Shown here: piece after piece, positions 10,177 to 19,869 of the stretch
Position numbering within the stretch: the stretch's first letter is position 1
Layout: the number at the start of each line of letters is the position of its first letter
Source: an uncultured Candidatus Saccharibacteria bacterium
Lineage (GTDB): Bacteria; Patescibacteriota; Minisyncoccia; Phycocordibacterales; CALRHW01
Length of the DNA stretch: 64,000 bases
Assembly (NCBI GenBank): GCA_964390845.1
Contig: CAYMIL010000001.1
Span: 102,326 to 166,325, forward strand
Direction of reading: 5' to 3'
Notes under the pieces: model-generated
Seen by the model: the letters and a program-made list of their open reading frames with translations, nothing else
Databases searched by the model: none
What the model was told of the DNA's origin: nothing
Made by a program: the position numbers and the translations under genes

Positions 10177-10222
10177 GGAAACCTCCTTTCGAGAACGGTT
10201 TCGGGGTCAATTATACAAAAAC

Positions 10223-11530
10223 CTAGCGCTTTAGCCAGTCGTGCTCTTGACGCACAAGTACATCAGGAGCACTCTCTTGGTCTTCTAATACCACCTCAAC
10301 AGCTCGCTCCATACGCACAGACTGAGAACCTTTCACGAGCGCAACATCTCCCTTTCTCAACATCTTTTTCAAATGCTCCCCCGCCTGACGAGAATCTTCA
10401 AAGCGAAGAATATTTTTTTCTTTCATACCAGCAGAAAGTGCGCCCTCCGCAAAGAAACGTGCACGCACACCTACCGTAAGCAACCACTGACACACTTTTG
10501 CCGCATGAGCACCAGCATTTCTGTGTTCATCAACAGAATATTTTCCAAGTTCAAGCATGTCGCCGAGGACTGCAATTTTTCGTTTACCCGCAAGCGAGCC
10601 CAATGTTTCAAGGGCATTGTCGAGCGCGACAGGTGATGAGTTGTATGTGTCATCAAGAATAACCGTCTTTTTTACACCCTCGAGCACGCGAAGGCGTCCT
10701 GGTGGTGGCTCGTGATCAAGAAATGCACGAGCAAGCTTGTTGATCTCAAGACCCTGCGAAACACCAACAGCCATAGCGGCGAGTGCTGTGTAGATGTGTT
10801 GTGTACCAAGCGTGCCACGAATAGAGACAGGAGTGCGCGTATCATCATATGCAAGCTCAAAGGTAATACCCACAGGAAAGGCGTCGAGGCCGTTGTGTGG
10901 TGCGTATTCTACAGAGTATTGGGATGCAGTAACACCACCTTCTGTTGTTCCCTGTGCAGAAAAAACAATTGTTCGCACCGGCACCGTATCTCTAAAGGCG
11001 AGAACGTCCTCGTCATCACCATTGAGTACCACAACACCATCGGGCTTCACTGCCTTAAGAAGCTTTCCTTTTTCTTGCATCACAGCCTGGGGAGATGAGA
11101 AAAACTCTACATGCACTGGCACCTTGCTTAGCCGAGTCATCACAGCGACGTCTGGATGTATCCATGATGTGATGTAATCCATATCGCCCGGTTTGTCGAC
11201 ACCAACCTCAAGTACGAGCCATTCTGGATAATGACTTGGGAAAATAATGAGCGCAGCGCCTTCAAGAATATTACGTATCCACGCAAATGGGTTGTTCCAC
11301 CCGTTTGGACATCCGAGTATTGTGAGTGGTACGCCAATTTCACTATTAAAACTCTTCGCACTTTTTCGCACAAAGTAAAACTTTGAGAGCACAGTAAAGA
11401 CAGCGTCTTTTACAGATGTTTTTCCCACACTGCCCGTAATAGCAACAATCCGAGGCTTATATTTTTTTAATACAAGCTTCGCTTCAAACAAAATAATCGC
11501 TGTGACAATTTTTTTTAGTAGTTGTTTCAT
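10223..11530 (-). CDS. murF: UDP-N-acetylmuramoyl-tripeptide--D-alanyl-D-alanine ligase
   Basis: 435 aa. Mur ligase ATP-binding motif (ITGSVGKTS), central and C-terminal Mur domains. Sits in the dcw cluster. Confidence 0.8.
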   Translation of the reverse strand: MKQLLKKIVTAIILFEAKLVLKKYKPRIVAITGSVGKTSVKDAVFTVLSKFYFVRKSAKSFNSEIGVPLTILGCPNGWNNPFAWIRNILEGAALIIFPSHYPEWLVLEVGVDKPGDMDYITSWIHPDVAVMTRLSKVPVHVEFFSSPQAVMQEKGKLLKAVKPDGVVVLNGDDEDVLAFRDTVPVRTIVFSAQGTTEGGVTASQYSVEYAPHNGLDAFPVGITFELAYDDTRTPVSIRGTLGTQHIYTALAAMAVGVSQGLEINKLARAFLDHEPPPGRLRVLEGVKKTVILDDTYNSSPVALDNALETLGSLAGKRKIAVLGDMLELGKYSVDEHRNAGAHAAKVCQWLLTVGVRARFFAEGALSAGMKEKNILRFEDSRQAGEHLKKMLRKGDVALVKGSQSVRMERAVEVVLEDQESAPDVLVRQEHDWLKR

Positions 11531-11536
11531 GGGGTT

Positions 11537-13246
11537 CTATCGGTCTGGCGGAATCTCGTAGTAGTTAATAAGATATTCAGCAATATCCATAAATGGCATT
11601 GGCAAAGTCTCCGAAGAAAATCTGATACCTTTCGGGTAATACGTAAACAGGAAGACAAGAAACTTCGGATCGTATGCTGGAAAATAGCCAAAAAATGAAT
11701 GAAGGAACCTGTCATCATAGTACCCGCCACCCTCAGTTTTTGCAATTTGTGCGGTTCCTGTTTTTGCCGCGATACTGTAGTGCGGCACCTTAATACGACC
11801 TTCGATAAGCGATGTGTCAACCGTTTTTACAAGCATCCGTGAAATGGTGAGTGACGTCTCTTCTTTAAGCACCCTTCTTCCCGCGGGATACGACATCTTC
11901 TTAGGAATACCTGATGTGTAATCTATTTCTTTTACAATATGAGGTGTAATGAGAACACCGCCATTTGCAAGTGCAGATAGCGCTCGCACTGTCACCACTG
12001 GAGAAATTGCGATACCTTGCCCAAAGGATGCTGTCGCGTGCTCAACGTCGCGAGGACTGCGCAAATTTTCTACAAGCGGTGCCGCCTCATTGGGTAAATC
12101 GATGCCTGTTTTTTCTCCTAAACCAAAATCAAACATGTATCGAGAAAAGAGATCTTTCCCAAGCTTGCTTGCGATAAATGCCGCACCCGTGTTGAGCGAT
12201 TGATTGAGCACCTCTTGCATTGGTATCACACCACGTCCCTTGCCGTCATAGTTTGAAATCTTTTTACCATCAACCATTACAAAACCCTTGTCATCGTATG
12301 TTGTGTCGGGTGTGATCTTTCCAGCATCCAAACCTGCAGCGACGGTAAGTGGTTTGATAATCGAACCCATTTCATACACGTTTTCTACAAGAGGGTTTGA
12401 GAAAATCGCTGAATCTCGTTCACCTTGAAAATTGTTAGGATCAAACGATGGATACAGTGCCATCGCAATGATTTCTCCCGTTTTTGGATTGATAATAATC
12501 CCACCAGTATAATCTGAGGACCAACGCGTATTTACCTGTTCTATCGTTCGCTCCAAAAACGCTTGCACGGAAGGCTCGATTGTTGTAACCACATCACCTT
12601 CCATGTGCACACCCTGAGATAGACTGTGTTTTATATTTAAGAAAATATCTGCAAAAAAGTTTGTATACGTAGGTGCGGTACCTCGGTGCAGTGTATCTTC
12701 ATAATATCGTTCAAGACCATATCTACCCGCTAGCTCATCCCCGCGATACGCAACAATACCAAGTGCGTTTGATGCCATTTTTGCACCAGGATAAAAACGC
12801 CACTTTTCTCGTGTAATCATCACTCCAGGTATTTTGAGATCCATAACCCGTTCACCCTGTTCTTCTGAAAGACGCTTTGCAATATCTTCATATGGATCAT
12901 TCTTTTTACTTGCCTTAGCAAGAAATGTATCTCTGTCTATATCTGGAACAATTGTAGACAGCGCATCGTACGCACTCTGCGCATCTAAAAGAAGTTGTGG
13001 GTTTATTGCGAGCAAAAAACCACTTTGTTGAGCGGCCGCGGTAACCGTATCGCCATCTTTTTTTGAAAAATAAATAGTACCTCGATTAAACACCGAGCTA
13101 CCCGAGCTTTTGTACTGACTACTCGCCTGTTCGGCATACAGATTACCATCAACAATTTGGAGTATATACGCACGAAACAATAAGAAAAAACCGCAGAGAA
13201 ATATCAGAACCAGAAGAAATGTGACTCTGGAAACGTGCGGTCTCAT
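11537..13246 (-). CDS. ftsI: Penicillin-binding protein (class B transpeptidase, FtsI-like)
   Basis: 569 aa. N-terminal TM, dimerisation domain, transpeptidase motifs SIIKP, SNY, KTGTA. Position after ftsL in the dcw cluster. Confidence 0.8.
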   Translation of the reverse strand: MRPHVSRVTFLLVLIFLCGFFLLFRAYILQIVDGNLYAEQASSQYKSSGSSVFNRGTIYFSKKDGDTVTAAAQQSGFLLAINPQLLLDAQSAYDALSTIVPDIDRDTFLAKASKKNDPYEDIAKRLSEEQGERVMDLKIPGVMITREKWRFYPGAKMASNALGIVAYRGDELAGRYGLERYYEDTLHRGTAPTYTNFFADIFLNIKHSLSQGVHMEGDVVTTIEPSVQAFLERTIEQVNTRWSSDYTGGIIINPKTGEIIAMALYPSFDPNNFQGERDSAIFSNPLVENVYEMGSIIKPLTVAAGLDAGKITPDTTYDDKGFVMVDGKKISNYDGKGRGVIPMQEVLNQSLNTGAAFIASKLGKDLFSRYMFDFGLGEKTGIDLPNEAAPLVENLRSPRDVEHATASFGQGIAISPVVTVRALSALANGGVLITPHIVKEIDYTSGIPKKMSYPAGRRVLKEETSLTISRMLVKTVDTSLIEGRIKVPHYSIAAKTGTAQIAKTEGGGYYDDRFLHSFFGYFPAYDPKFLVFLFTYYPKGIRFSSETLPMPFMDIAEYLINYYEIPPDR

Positions 13247-13252
13247 TCGTAA

Positions 13253-13579
13253 TTACTGAACTCTATTAAGCTCTGCGCGCGCCGTGAGAGATGTCTTTGA
13301 GATGTACTTGAGGTTTTGTACATCACGATACCCGAGCGCATACGCATGATCGATGTCGATTTCGTTTCGTTTTGAAATATTTGCAAACTCAAGCTGGCTG
13401 ATGCGTGAGGACACCATCGCCATTTCTTGCTCTGCGTGTGCGCGTCGTGCGACGTTAAACACGGTCTCGTTCATAAAGTATACGTACAAGACGCACATAC
13501 CGATAATTGCCCATATACACGCCCATACAAGGGTCTGTGTTGATGGAAGGATTGCTACTTTTTCTTTAATTGCTTTCAT
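13253..13579 (-). CDS. ftsL: Cell division protein FtsL-like (small bitopic membrane protein)
   Basis: 108 aa. Single TM plus coiled-coil. Located between rsmH and ftsI as in conserved dcw clusters. Confidence 0.5.
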   Translation of the reverse strand: MKAIKEKVAILPSTQTLVWACIWAIIGMCVLYVYFMNETVFNVARRAHAEQEMAMVSSRISQLEFANISKRNEIDIDHAYALGYRDVQNLKYISKTSLTARAELNRVQ

Positions 13580-14514
13580 AAGGTGCTCAAGGTACTCTGG
13601 ATAATTCTCAACTTTGCACTCCGCGCTCGCGGGTTTACTGCTATCTCTTCGTCGGTGGGCGTAATCGGTTTTTTCGTAATCTTTGTCGCCCGACCCTCAG
13701 AGACTAATTGTGTAAAAAATCTTTTGACGATTCGATCCTCGATGCTGTGGAATGAGATCACAGCTATTCTTCCGCCCGGTCGCAGAAGCTCAAATGCTTT
13801 CTGCATACCCTCTGTCAGTGCTCGCACTTCGTCATTGACGGTCATGCGTAGAGCTTGAAAAGTACGGGTGGCTGGATGAATCTTCATCCTGTGATACGCG
13901 GATGGTGTTGCCTCGAGAATAATGTTGACGAGGTCGAACGTTGTTTCGATAGGCTTGCGCGCTCGGCGTGCAACAATTGCTCGTGCGATGCGACGCGCAT
14001 ATCGTTCCTCACCATAACTCTTGATAATTGTTTCGATGTTTTCTTCGTCCCATTCGTTAACAATCATTCGAGCGGTGAGATCTTCTTCCGTCGGATGAGC
14101 AGAGAATGTCATGAGAAGGGGTTCGTCTTTTTTGAATGAAAATCCCCTACCCGATGATTCTATTTCCTGCGAGCTTAAGCCGAGATCAAACAATGCTTTG
14201 TCGATCTGTGCCGATGGAAGCTTTCCTTGAGTAACCAGCGAATGCACCACAGTGTCGATGTTTCGGAAATTTTCCTGCACAAGGTGCACTGTAGCTGACG
14301 GTGCGTTCGTGAGTCGTGCGCGAGCACGCTCTATCGCCGCTTCGTCTGCATCAAGACCAATGAGTGTGATGTGTCCGCCATGAAGCGCACAAATCGCTTC
14401 GCTGTGACCGGCACCACCGAGGGTGGCATCGACCACAACATCATCGCGCTGTATATCAAGTCCGCGTATAGACTCCTGTAAAAGAACGCTGACGTGTCCG
14501 GAAAAGTTGTTCAT
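13576..14514 (-). CDS. rsmH: 16S rRNA (cytosine1402-N4)-methyltransferase RsmH (MraW)
   Basis: Start taken at the internal Met (MNNFSGHVSVLL...) directly after the mraZ stop. Motifs DATLGGAGHS and the MraW C-terminal region. Confidence 0.9.
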   Translation of the reverse strand: MNNFSGHVSVLLQESIRGLDIQRDDVVVDATLGGAGHSEAICALHGGHITLIGLDADEAAIERARARLTNAPSATVHLVQENFRNIDTVVHSLVTQGKLPSAQIDKALFDLGLSSQEIESSGRGFSFKKDEPLLMTFSAHPTEEDLTARMIVNEWDEENIETIIKSYGEERYARRIARAIVARRARKPIETTFDLVNIILEATPSAYHRMKIHPATRTFQALRMTVNDEVRALTEGMQKAFELLRPGGRIAVISFHSIEDRIVKRFFTQLVSEGRATKITKKPITPTDEEIAVNPRARSAKLRIIQSTLSTL

Positions 14515-14518
14515 GGCA

Positions 14519-14986
14519 TTAAAATACCCCGACTTCCCCCAACTTCTCCGCGAGCATGTCTGCTTGCCGTTCGATCTTCTTCTTGTATTCCTTCCATGTC
14601 TTCTCGTTCCAGATTTCCACGCGATTGTGGACTCCGGTGAAGACGACACGATTCTTAAGGTCGGCAAACTCCTTAAGAAAATCCGGAATGAGGATTCGAC
14701 CGATCGAATCGACGTCCGCTTCTACTGCTCCCGCGAGCATGAAGCGATTGAATCCTCGGGTGTCGGCCTGCCCCATACCAAGCTCAGAGAGTTTTGAGGA
14801 AATTTTTTCCCACTCTTTGAGCGGATACAGAAACAAACACGAATCGAGACCGTGGGTAATCACAACCTTCTTGCCGACCTCCTTGCGGAATTTTGACGGC
14901 AGAGAGATACGATTTTTTTCGTCGACAGTATGAGTGTATTCTCCTAGAAGCATATGATTTACCACTATCTCCCACTTGCTTAACAT
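14519..14986 (-). CDS. mraZ: Transcriptional regulator MraZ
   Basis: Two MraZ/SpoVT-AbrB repeats (DEKNRISLP ... DSIGRILIP). Alternative start at 14953 (MLLGEY...). Confidence 0.85.
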   Translation of the reverse strand: MLSKWEIVVNHMLLGEYTHTVDEKNRISLPSKFRKEVGKKVVITHGLDSCLFLYPLKEWEKISSKLSELGMGQADTRGFNRFMLAGAVEADVDSIGRILIPDFLKEFADLKNRVVFTGVHNRVEIWNEKTWKEYKKKIERQADMLAEKLGEVGVF

Positions 14987-15101
14987 TATATAACACTCTC
15001 TCCCACCAACCTACACAGTTATCCACATTTTTTTGAAATACCAACATACAAAAAAATCCTTATTTTAAAAGGATTTTAAAGCTGTTTTCTATTTGTATAG
15101 C

Positions 15102-16568
15102 CTACCGAGGCCTCATCGTCGGAAACAAAATCACCTCTTTAATATTTCGTGTGTTTGTGAGGAGCATCACGAGCCGATCGATACCGATACCGACACCGCC
15201 TGCAGGTGGCATGCCGTATTCCATCGCTTCGATAAACTCTTCGTCCGTAGACTGCGCCTCCGCATCGCCTTTCTTTTTATTCTCATCCTGTGCCGCAAAA
15301 CGTTCTCGCTGATCAAGCGGGTCATTGAGCTCAGAAAACGCTTTAACTGTTTCGATACCACCGACAACAAGCTGAAACACTTCTGCAAGCGCTGGGTTGC
15401 TTGGCGTTTTTTTAGCAAGTGGAAAATTTTCTGTAGGATAATCAACAACAAATGTTGGCTGAATGAGCTTCGGGCGGCAGGTTTTCTTGTAAATGTTGTC
15501 GATAATTTTCTGAACCGGATCTGTCGGGTCAACTTTCACACCGAGTTGCATTGCGCGCAATGTCACCTCTTCAAGCGAGATTGATTCTGGATTTGAAAGT
15601 AATGCGTATTGTTTCAAGAGATTTGGGAATGAAATAACAGCAAATTTCTTTGACACGTCGATTGTGTTGCCGTCATACTCAAAGGTTGTAGTGCCGTGTA
15701 CTTTTTTCACAAGCGCCTTAAGCATTTTCTCAACAAACACCATCTGCTCTTCTTTGGTGCTGTATGCCTCATAAAACTCGAGCATCGTAAACTCAGGGTT
15801 GTGCGTCATGTCGATTCCCTCATTTCTGAAATTACGATTGAGTTCGTATACCTTTGGGAAACCACCGATCAACAGCTTTTTGAGATACAACTCTGGGGCG
15901 ATGCGCAAATACAAATCCATATCGAGCGCATTGTGGTGGGTCATAAACGGCTCAGCACTCGCTCCACCTGAAAGCGGCTGAAGCATTGGAGTTTCAACCT
16001 CAAGATATTGTGCTTTTTCAAGAAATGTTCGAATCGAGCTGATGATAGCTGACCGCAACAAAAATCGCTGCTTTACCTCAGGTGACATAAGCGTGTCTAG
16101 ATATCGACGACGAAAACGCTCATCGGCATCTTGAAGACCGTGCCATTTTTCAGGCAACGGGCGAAGGCCCTTTGAAAGCATCGTCCACTCACTCACCTGT
16201 AGTGTTTTTTCGCCACGCTTTGTTTCAAAGAGCGTGCCGCGCACTTGTATAAAATCTCCGATATCTACTGCTTCAGCAAAGAGTGCAAATTGTGCATCAC
16301 TCACTTCTTCTTTTTTTATGAGTCCCTGAAACTTTGCCGTGCCATCATCGAACGTAAAAAACGTGAGTGCACCCTGTGGACGAAGAGACATAACTCGACC
16401 ACACAAAAAGAGAGGCTTCCCCGCCTTTGAAAGCTTTGCAAATTGATCGACCACTTCTACAAGCGAATAATCCCGTCGGGAAACGACCGGATATGCTTGC
16501 ATCCCTGCTTTTTTGAGCGCATCCAGCTTCTGGATGCGATTATTTCGTATTTCGTCAAATGAAGACAT
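15102..16568 (-). CDS. lysS: Lysyl-tRNA synthetase (class II)
   Basis: 488 aa. N-terminal OB anticodon-binding domain and class II motifs 1-3 (FRNEG..., GGGGIGIDRLVM). Confidence 0.9.
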   Translation of the reverse strand: MSSFDEIRNNRIQKLDALKKAGMQAYPVVSRRDYSLVEVVDQFAKLSKAGKPLFLCGRVMSLRPQGALTFFTFDDGTAKFQGLIKKEEVSDAQFALFAEAVDIGDFIQVRGTLFETKRGEKTLQVSEWTMLSKGLRPLPEKWHGLQDADERFRRRYLDTLMSPEVKQRFLLRSAIISSIRTFLEKAQYLEVETPMLQPLSGGASAEPFMTHHNALDMDLYLRIAPELYLKKLLIGGFPKVYELNRNFRNEGIDMTHNPEFTMLEFYEAYSTKEEQMVFVEKMLKALVKKVHGTTTFEYDGNTIDVSKKFAVISFPNLLKQYALLSNPESISLEEVTLRAMQLGVKVDPTDPVQKIIDNIYKKTCRPKLIQPTFVVDYPTENFPLAKKTPSNPALAEVFQLVVGGIETVKAFSELNDPLDQRERFAAQDENKKKGDAEAQSTDEEFIEAMEYGMPPAGGVGIGIDRLVMLLTNTRNIKEVILFPTMRPR

Positions 16569-16575
16569 GAAATGC

Positions 16576-17043
16576 TTACGCTATGTCTACCACTTTGTAT
16601 TTTAGCACGCCGCCGGGTGTAGATACAGAGAATTGCTCACCTTTCTTTCGGCCAATCATCGCCGCGCCAATTGGTGACTTAATGGAAATCTTACCCGCAG
16701 AAATATCTGCCTCCTCAGAACCAACGATAGTATATGTGTGAGCATCTTTTTCACGCTCCTTTTGCACAGTCACAACTGAGCCAATATCAACACTGTTGGT
16801 ATCGTGACTTGATACGATTGTAGAATTTTTGAGAATAGATTCGAGCTTTGAAATACGGTCTTCGATATTGGCCTGCATATCACGCGCCTCATGATATTCT
16901 GCATTTTCAGAAAGATCACCGAGTGATTTTGCATACTCAAGGCTCTCAGCAATTTCCTTGCGTCGAGTTGTTTTCAAAAAATCGAGCTCGTTCTTGAACT
17001 CATCGAATTTCTGTTGTGTGAGATAGTGCTTTTCTTCTGGCAT
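16576..17043 (-). CDS. greA: Transcription elongation factor GreA
   Basis: 155 aa. N-terminal coiled-coil with acidic tip (SENAEYHEA) and FKBP-like C-domain. Confidence 0.9.
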   Translation of the reverse strand: MPEEKHYLTQQKFDEFKNELDFLKTTRRKEIAESLEYAKSLGDLSENAEYHEARDMQANIEDRISKLESILKNSTIVSSHDTNSVDIGSVVTVQKEREKDAHTYTIVGSEEADISAGKISIKSPIGAAMIGRKKGEQFSVSTPGGVLKYKVVDIA

Positions 17044-17096
17044 GATAGGTTCTCGTTAATAAGTTCCCAGTATTGTATAGAGTCTAAAGGCTAAAG

Positions 17097-18812
17097 TCAA
17101 CCAATAAGATACTCAGGCGTATTGAGTTGCATCCAGTCAAGGAGCTGTCGCATCACATACGTTGCACCAAGCTGGTTTGTGGCCGCACCTTTTTCAAGAA
17201 CAATCACAAATGCATATCGCGGGTTGTCGTATGGGAAGAAACCTGACACCCACGAATTTACAAATTGCTTTGTAACACCAAGCTGTGCGGTTCCTGTTTT
17301 TGCAGCAACACCGACATAAGGAACGTTGAGGGCGCCCGCGGTCACCGTAAACACTGCCTGTCGCATACCCTCACGAACAACCTTGAAGTCTTCATCACGA
17401 ATTGGCACGGTACGTGCGTTTTCATTTTTCTCCCCTGGTTCTTTCTTGAGGATCGTCGGCTGAAGAAGCGTGCCGTTGTTTGCGATAGCGGCAACAGAAC
17501 GCACGACCTCAATCGGTGTGAGCTGAAAACCATACTGACCGATTGCGGTATGATAGGTATCACCAATACGCCACGGATCATTGCCGAATACTTTTTTCTT
17601 CCATTCGGGGTTTGGAATAACACCCCCAACTTCTCCATTGAGATTGATACCTGTCTTTTCTCCAAGACCCATCATGCGCACATATTTTTCTATATTTGAT
17701 ATTCCAAGACCCTTCTGATCGCCGTATCCGCCACCAACAGTGTAAAAATATACGTTTGAAGAAAGCGCAAGCGCATCTCGCATATCTACCCACCCATGTG
17801 CTTTCCAGTCGACGAATGTCGTTTTTTGCGTTGGGTCGTATGGGTTTTGAATCGAAATAGATCCCGTACTCAATATTTTCTTTGATGGATCAATAAGTTT
17901 TTCGGTAAGCGCACCCAACGCAACATACGGCTTTACCACAGAACCTGGCGTATACAAACCAGAAATAACACGATTGAGAAAAGGATTGTACGGATCCGTC
18001 TGATAACTCTTAATCGCTGCCACATCATCACCCTGCGTCATCACCTGAGAACTAAACTCTGGAAAACTCGTCAGTGCGATAACTTCGCCCGTGTAAATGT
18101 CCATAATAACTCCCGCACCACCCTTAAACCCATATTCCTCAGAGGAATGCTGAATCGCTTTATATAGCTCATTCTGCACGCCGGCATCAATAGACAAGTA
18201 CACATTTTCCCCATCAACTGGTGGCTTTGTAAGGCTTTGAGATTTAATATTTCCGAGCGCATCAGTTTCGACAATTCGAACGCCGTTTTCTCCAGAAAGG
18301 GTTTCGTCGAACATCTTTTCTGCACCCTCACGCCCCACATATTTTGTCTGGTAATAAAAACCCGCGCTGTCTTTTGTAGGATACGACAAATAACCAACAA
18401 CATGAGCAATGCCTGACAATGGCGCGTAGGCGCGGCGAGCAAAATCGGGCTCTTCATCGTTGATAGAGTTTGAAGCAAGCTCTACACCCTTTCTGTCATA
18501 AATAATTCCACGGTTTGAAAATATAGACGTGTATCGCAGGCGGTTGTTTTCGCTCTGTGCAGAATATGCCTCACCCTTCTGAATCTGAAATACCCAAATT
18601 TTCCCCAAGAAAAAAAATGCAACAAGCGCAAAGAGTGCTCTGAGCGAAAGGATTGTTCGTTTTGAAATAGGTTTCTCTAAACGACCTTCAAATTGCTGAG
18701 TATCAAACTTCGGCAAATTGTGAGCGTCGATTAAAATTTCGTCAGGAAATATTTCATGATTCTGACGCACGAGATTGCGTCGGAACAATCGTGTTAATTT
18801 TCTCCACGGCAT
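17097..18812 (-). CDS. mrdA: Penicillin-binding protein 2 (elongasome transpeptidase)
   Basis: 571 aa. TM anchor, SxxK (SVVKP), SSN (SNV), KTG (KTGTA). Adjacent to mreBCD. Confidence 0.8.
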   Translation of the reverse strand: MPWRKLTRLFRRNLVRQNHEIFPDEILIDAHNLPKFDTQQFEGRLEKPISKRTILSLRALFALVAFFFLGKIWVFQIQKGEAYSAQSENNRLRYTSIFSNRGIIYDRKGVELASNSINDEEPDFARRAYAPLSGIAHVVGYLSYPTKDSAGFYYQTKYVGREGAEKMFDETLSGENGVRIVETDALGNIKSQSLTKPPVDGENVYLSIDAGVQNELYKAIQHSSEEYGFKGGAGVIMDIYTGEVIALTSFPEFSSQVMTQGDDVAAIKSYQTDPYNPFLNRVISGLYTPGSVVKPYVALGALTEKLIDPSKKILSTGSISIQNPYDPTQKTTFVDWKAHGWVDMRDALALSSNVYFYTVGGGYGDQKGLGISNIEKYVRMMGLGEKTGINLNGEVGGVIPNPEWKKKVFGNDPWRIGDTYHTAIGQYGFQLTPIEVVRSVAAIANNGTLLQPTILKKEPGEKNENARTVPIRDEDFKVVREGMRQAVFTVTAGALNVPYVGVAAKTGTAQLGVTKQFVNSWVSGFFPYDNPRYAFVIVLEKGAATNQLGATYVMRQLLDWMQLNTPEYLIG

Positions 18813-18815
18813 AGA

Positions 18816-19073
18816 CTAATAGAACTTTAAACGTCTTTTTATACTAAAGGACGCTATCAGTATACCATGCGCAGTGATTGTGCACATATAACCCCACGCA
18901 TGACCCGACACTCCGTACAATGAGTCAAGCAACAGCCCAACGACAAGGGACTCATAAAATGCAGAAAAGAAAAAAATTGCACCAATGGTAAGTAGTGCTG
19001 TGCACCACCATGGCATCACAAAGACCGAGAGAAAGAGTATCGCATTTGCGCCAATACGCAGAAGAAGTGTCAT
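18816..19073 (-). CDS. mreD: Rod shape-determining protein MreD-like (small polytopic membrane protein)
   Basis: 85 aa, hydrophobic, positioned between mreC and mrdA. Confidence 0.45.
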   Translation of the reverse strand: MTLLLRIGANAILFLSVFVMPWWCTALLTIGAIFFFSAFYESLVVGLLLDSLYGVSGHAWGYMCTITAHGILIASFSIKRRLKFY

Positions 19074-19074
19074 G

Positions 19075-19869
19075 CTAGTGAGTTACAACAGACACCCATC
19101 GTAGTTGAGCGATATTGATAGGCGTCTTGCAAAATACTCGTTTAAAAAAGTTGGTTGGATTTGCCTCGATTTCAACCACCGTACCAAGGACGCTTGGTTC
19201 CATGCCTGGAATACGGATCACGTCACCCTCTACAACATCAACCTCTTGTGGGAGTCTGAGTTCAAAATTTCCTCCCCCACGTCCGATAGCGGCAACAGAT
19301 ACATTTGTTCTGTCTATCACCGCCTGTGTTTCAGTATCTACACTTGAAAAAAGTTTTGCCCGAGATGTTTTTTCATACACCTCATCAATCGTCCCCAGTA
19401 TCACTGAATCGGCAATAGTAACGCTGTTGCCCACCTGTACACCGTTGCGCTCACCTGCATCAAGTACAACCGTGTCGTACATCGATTGCGGTGGCTTCAC
19501 GAGCACAGACGCAAGAATACTGCCCGATGAGCCGGTTCGCCCCCATGCCTTTTTAAACTCTTCATTTTCATGCTCAAGCACAGAAAGTGTCGCCAAGTGT
19601 GCCTGTGCTTCAATAAGCTCTTGTGTAAGCTTTTCATTGCGCTCAAGGAGGCCATGACGCGAAGAAAGGTACGCACCAATATCGCTTCCCCTATCGACAA
19701 CAAACTGACTCATGAGCCACAGTGGTCGACCTATACCGTGTGCCATACCTGGGAACATGCGCGGGGCGACTACGCCGACAAGTATCACAAAACCCATAAA
19801 AAACACACCAACGATGTATGGAACAAATCGCTTACTGTTTCGTTTTCTACTTTGAAGGAGGTAGTTCAT
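19075..19869 (-). CDS. mreC: Rod shape-determining protein MreC
   Basis: 264 aa. N-terminal TM, coiled-coil, C-terminal MreC beta-domain. Follows mreB. Confidence 0.8.
   Translation of the reverse strand: MNYLLQSRKRNSKRFVPYIVGVFFMGFVILVGVVAPRMFPGMAHGIGRPLWLMSQFVVDRGSDIGAYLSSRHGLLERNEKLTQELIEAQAHLATLSVLEHENEEFKKAWGRTGSSGSILASVLVKPPQSMYDTVVLDAGERNGVQVGNSVTIADSVILGTIDEVYEKTSRAKLFSSVDTETQAVIDRTNVSVAAIGRGGGNFELRLPQEVDVVEGDVIRIPGMEPSVLGTVVEIEANPTNFFKRVFCKTPINIAQLRWVSVVTH

Noticed and set aside
13576-14667. 363-aa version of rsmH with a 51-residue Arg-rich N-terminal extension overlapping mraZ
   Set aside because: The extension overlaps the mraZ coding region in another frame. The internal Met MNNFSGHV sits right after the mraZ stop and matches the RsmH N-terminus.
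19115-19657. 180-aa plus-strand Ser/Thr-rich ORF
   Set aside because: It is antisense to mreC. mreC has clear homology and operon context.
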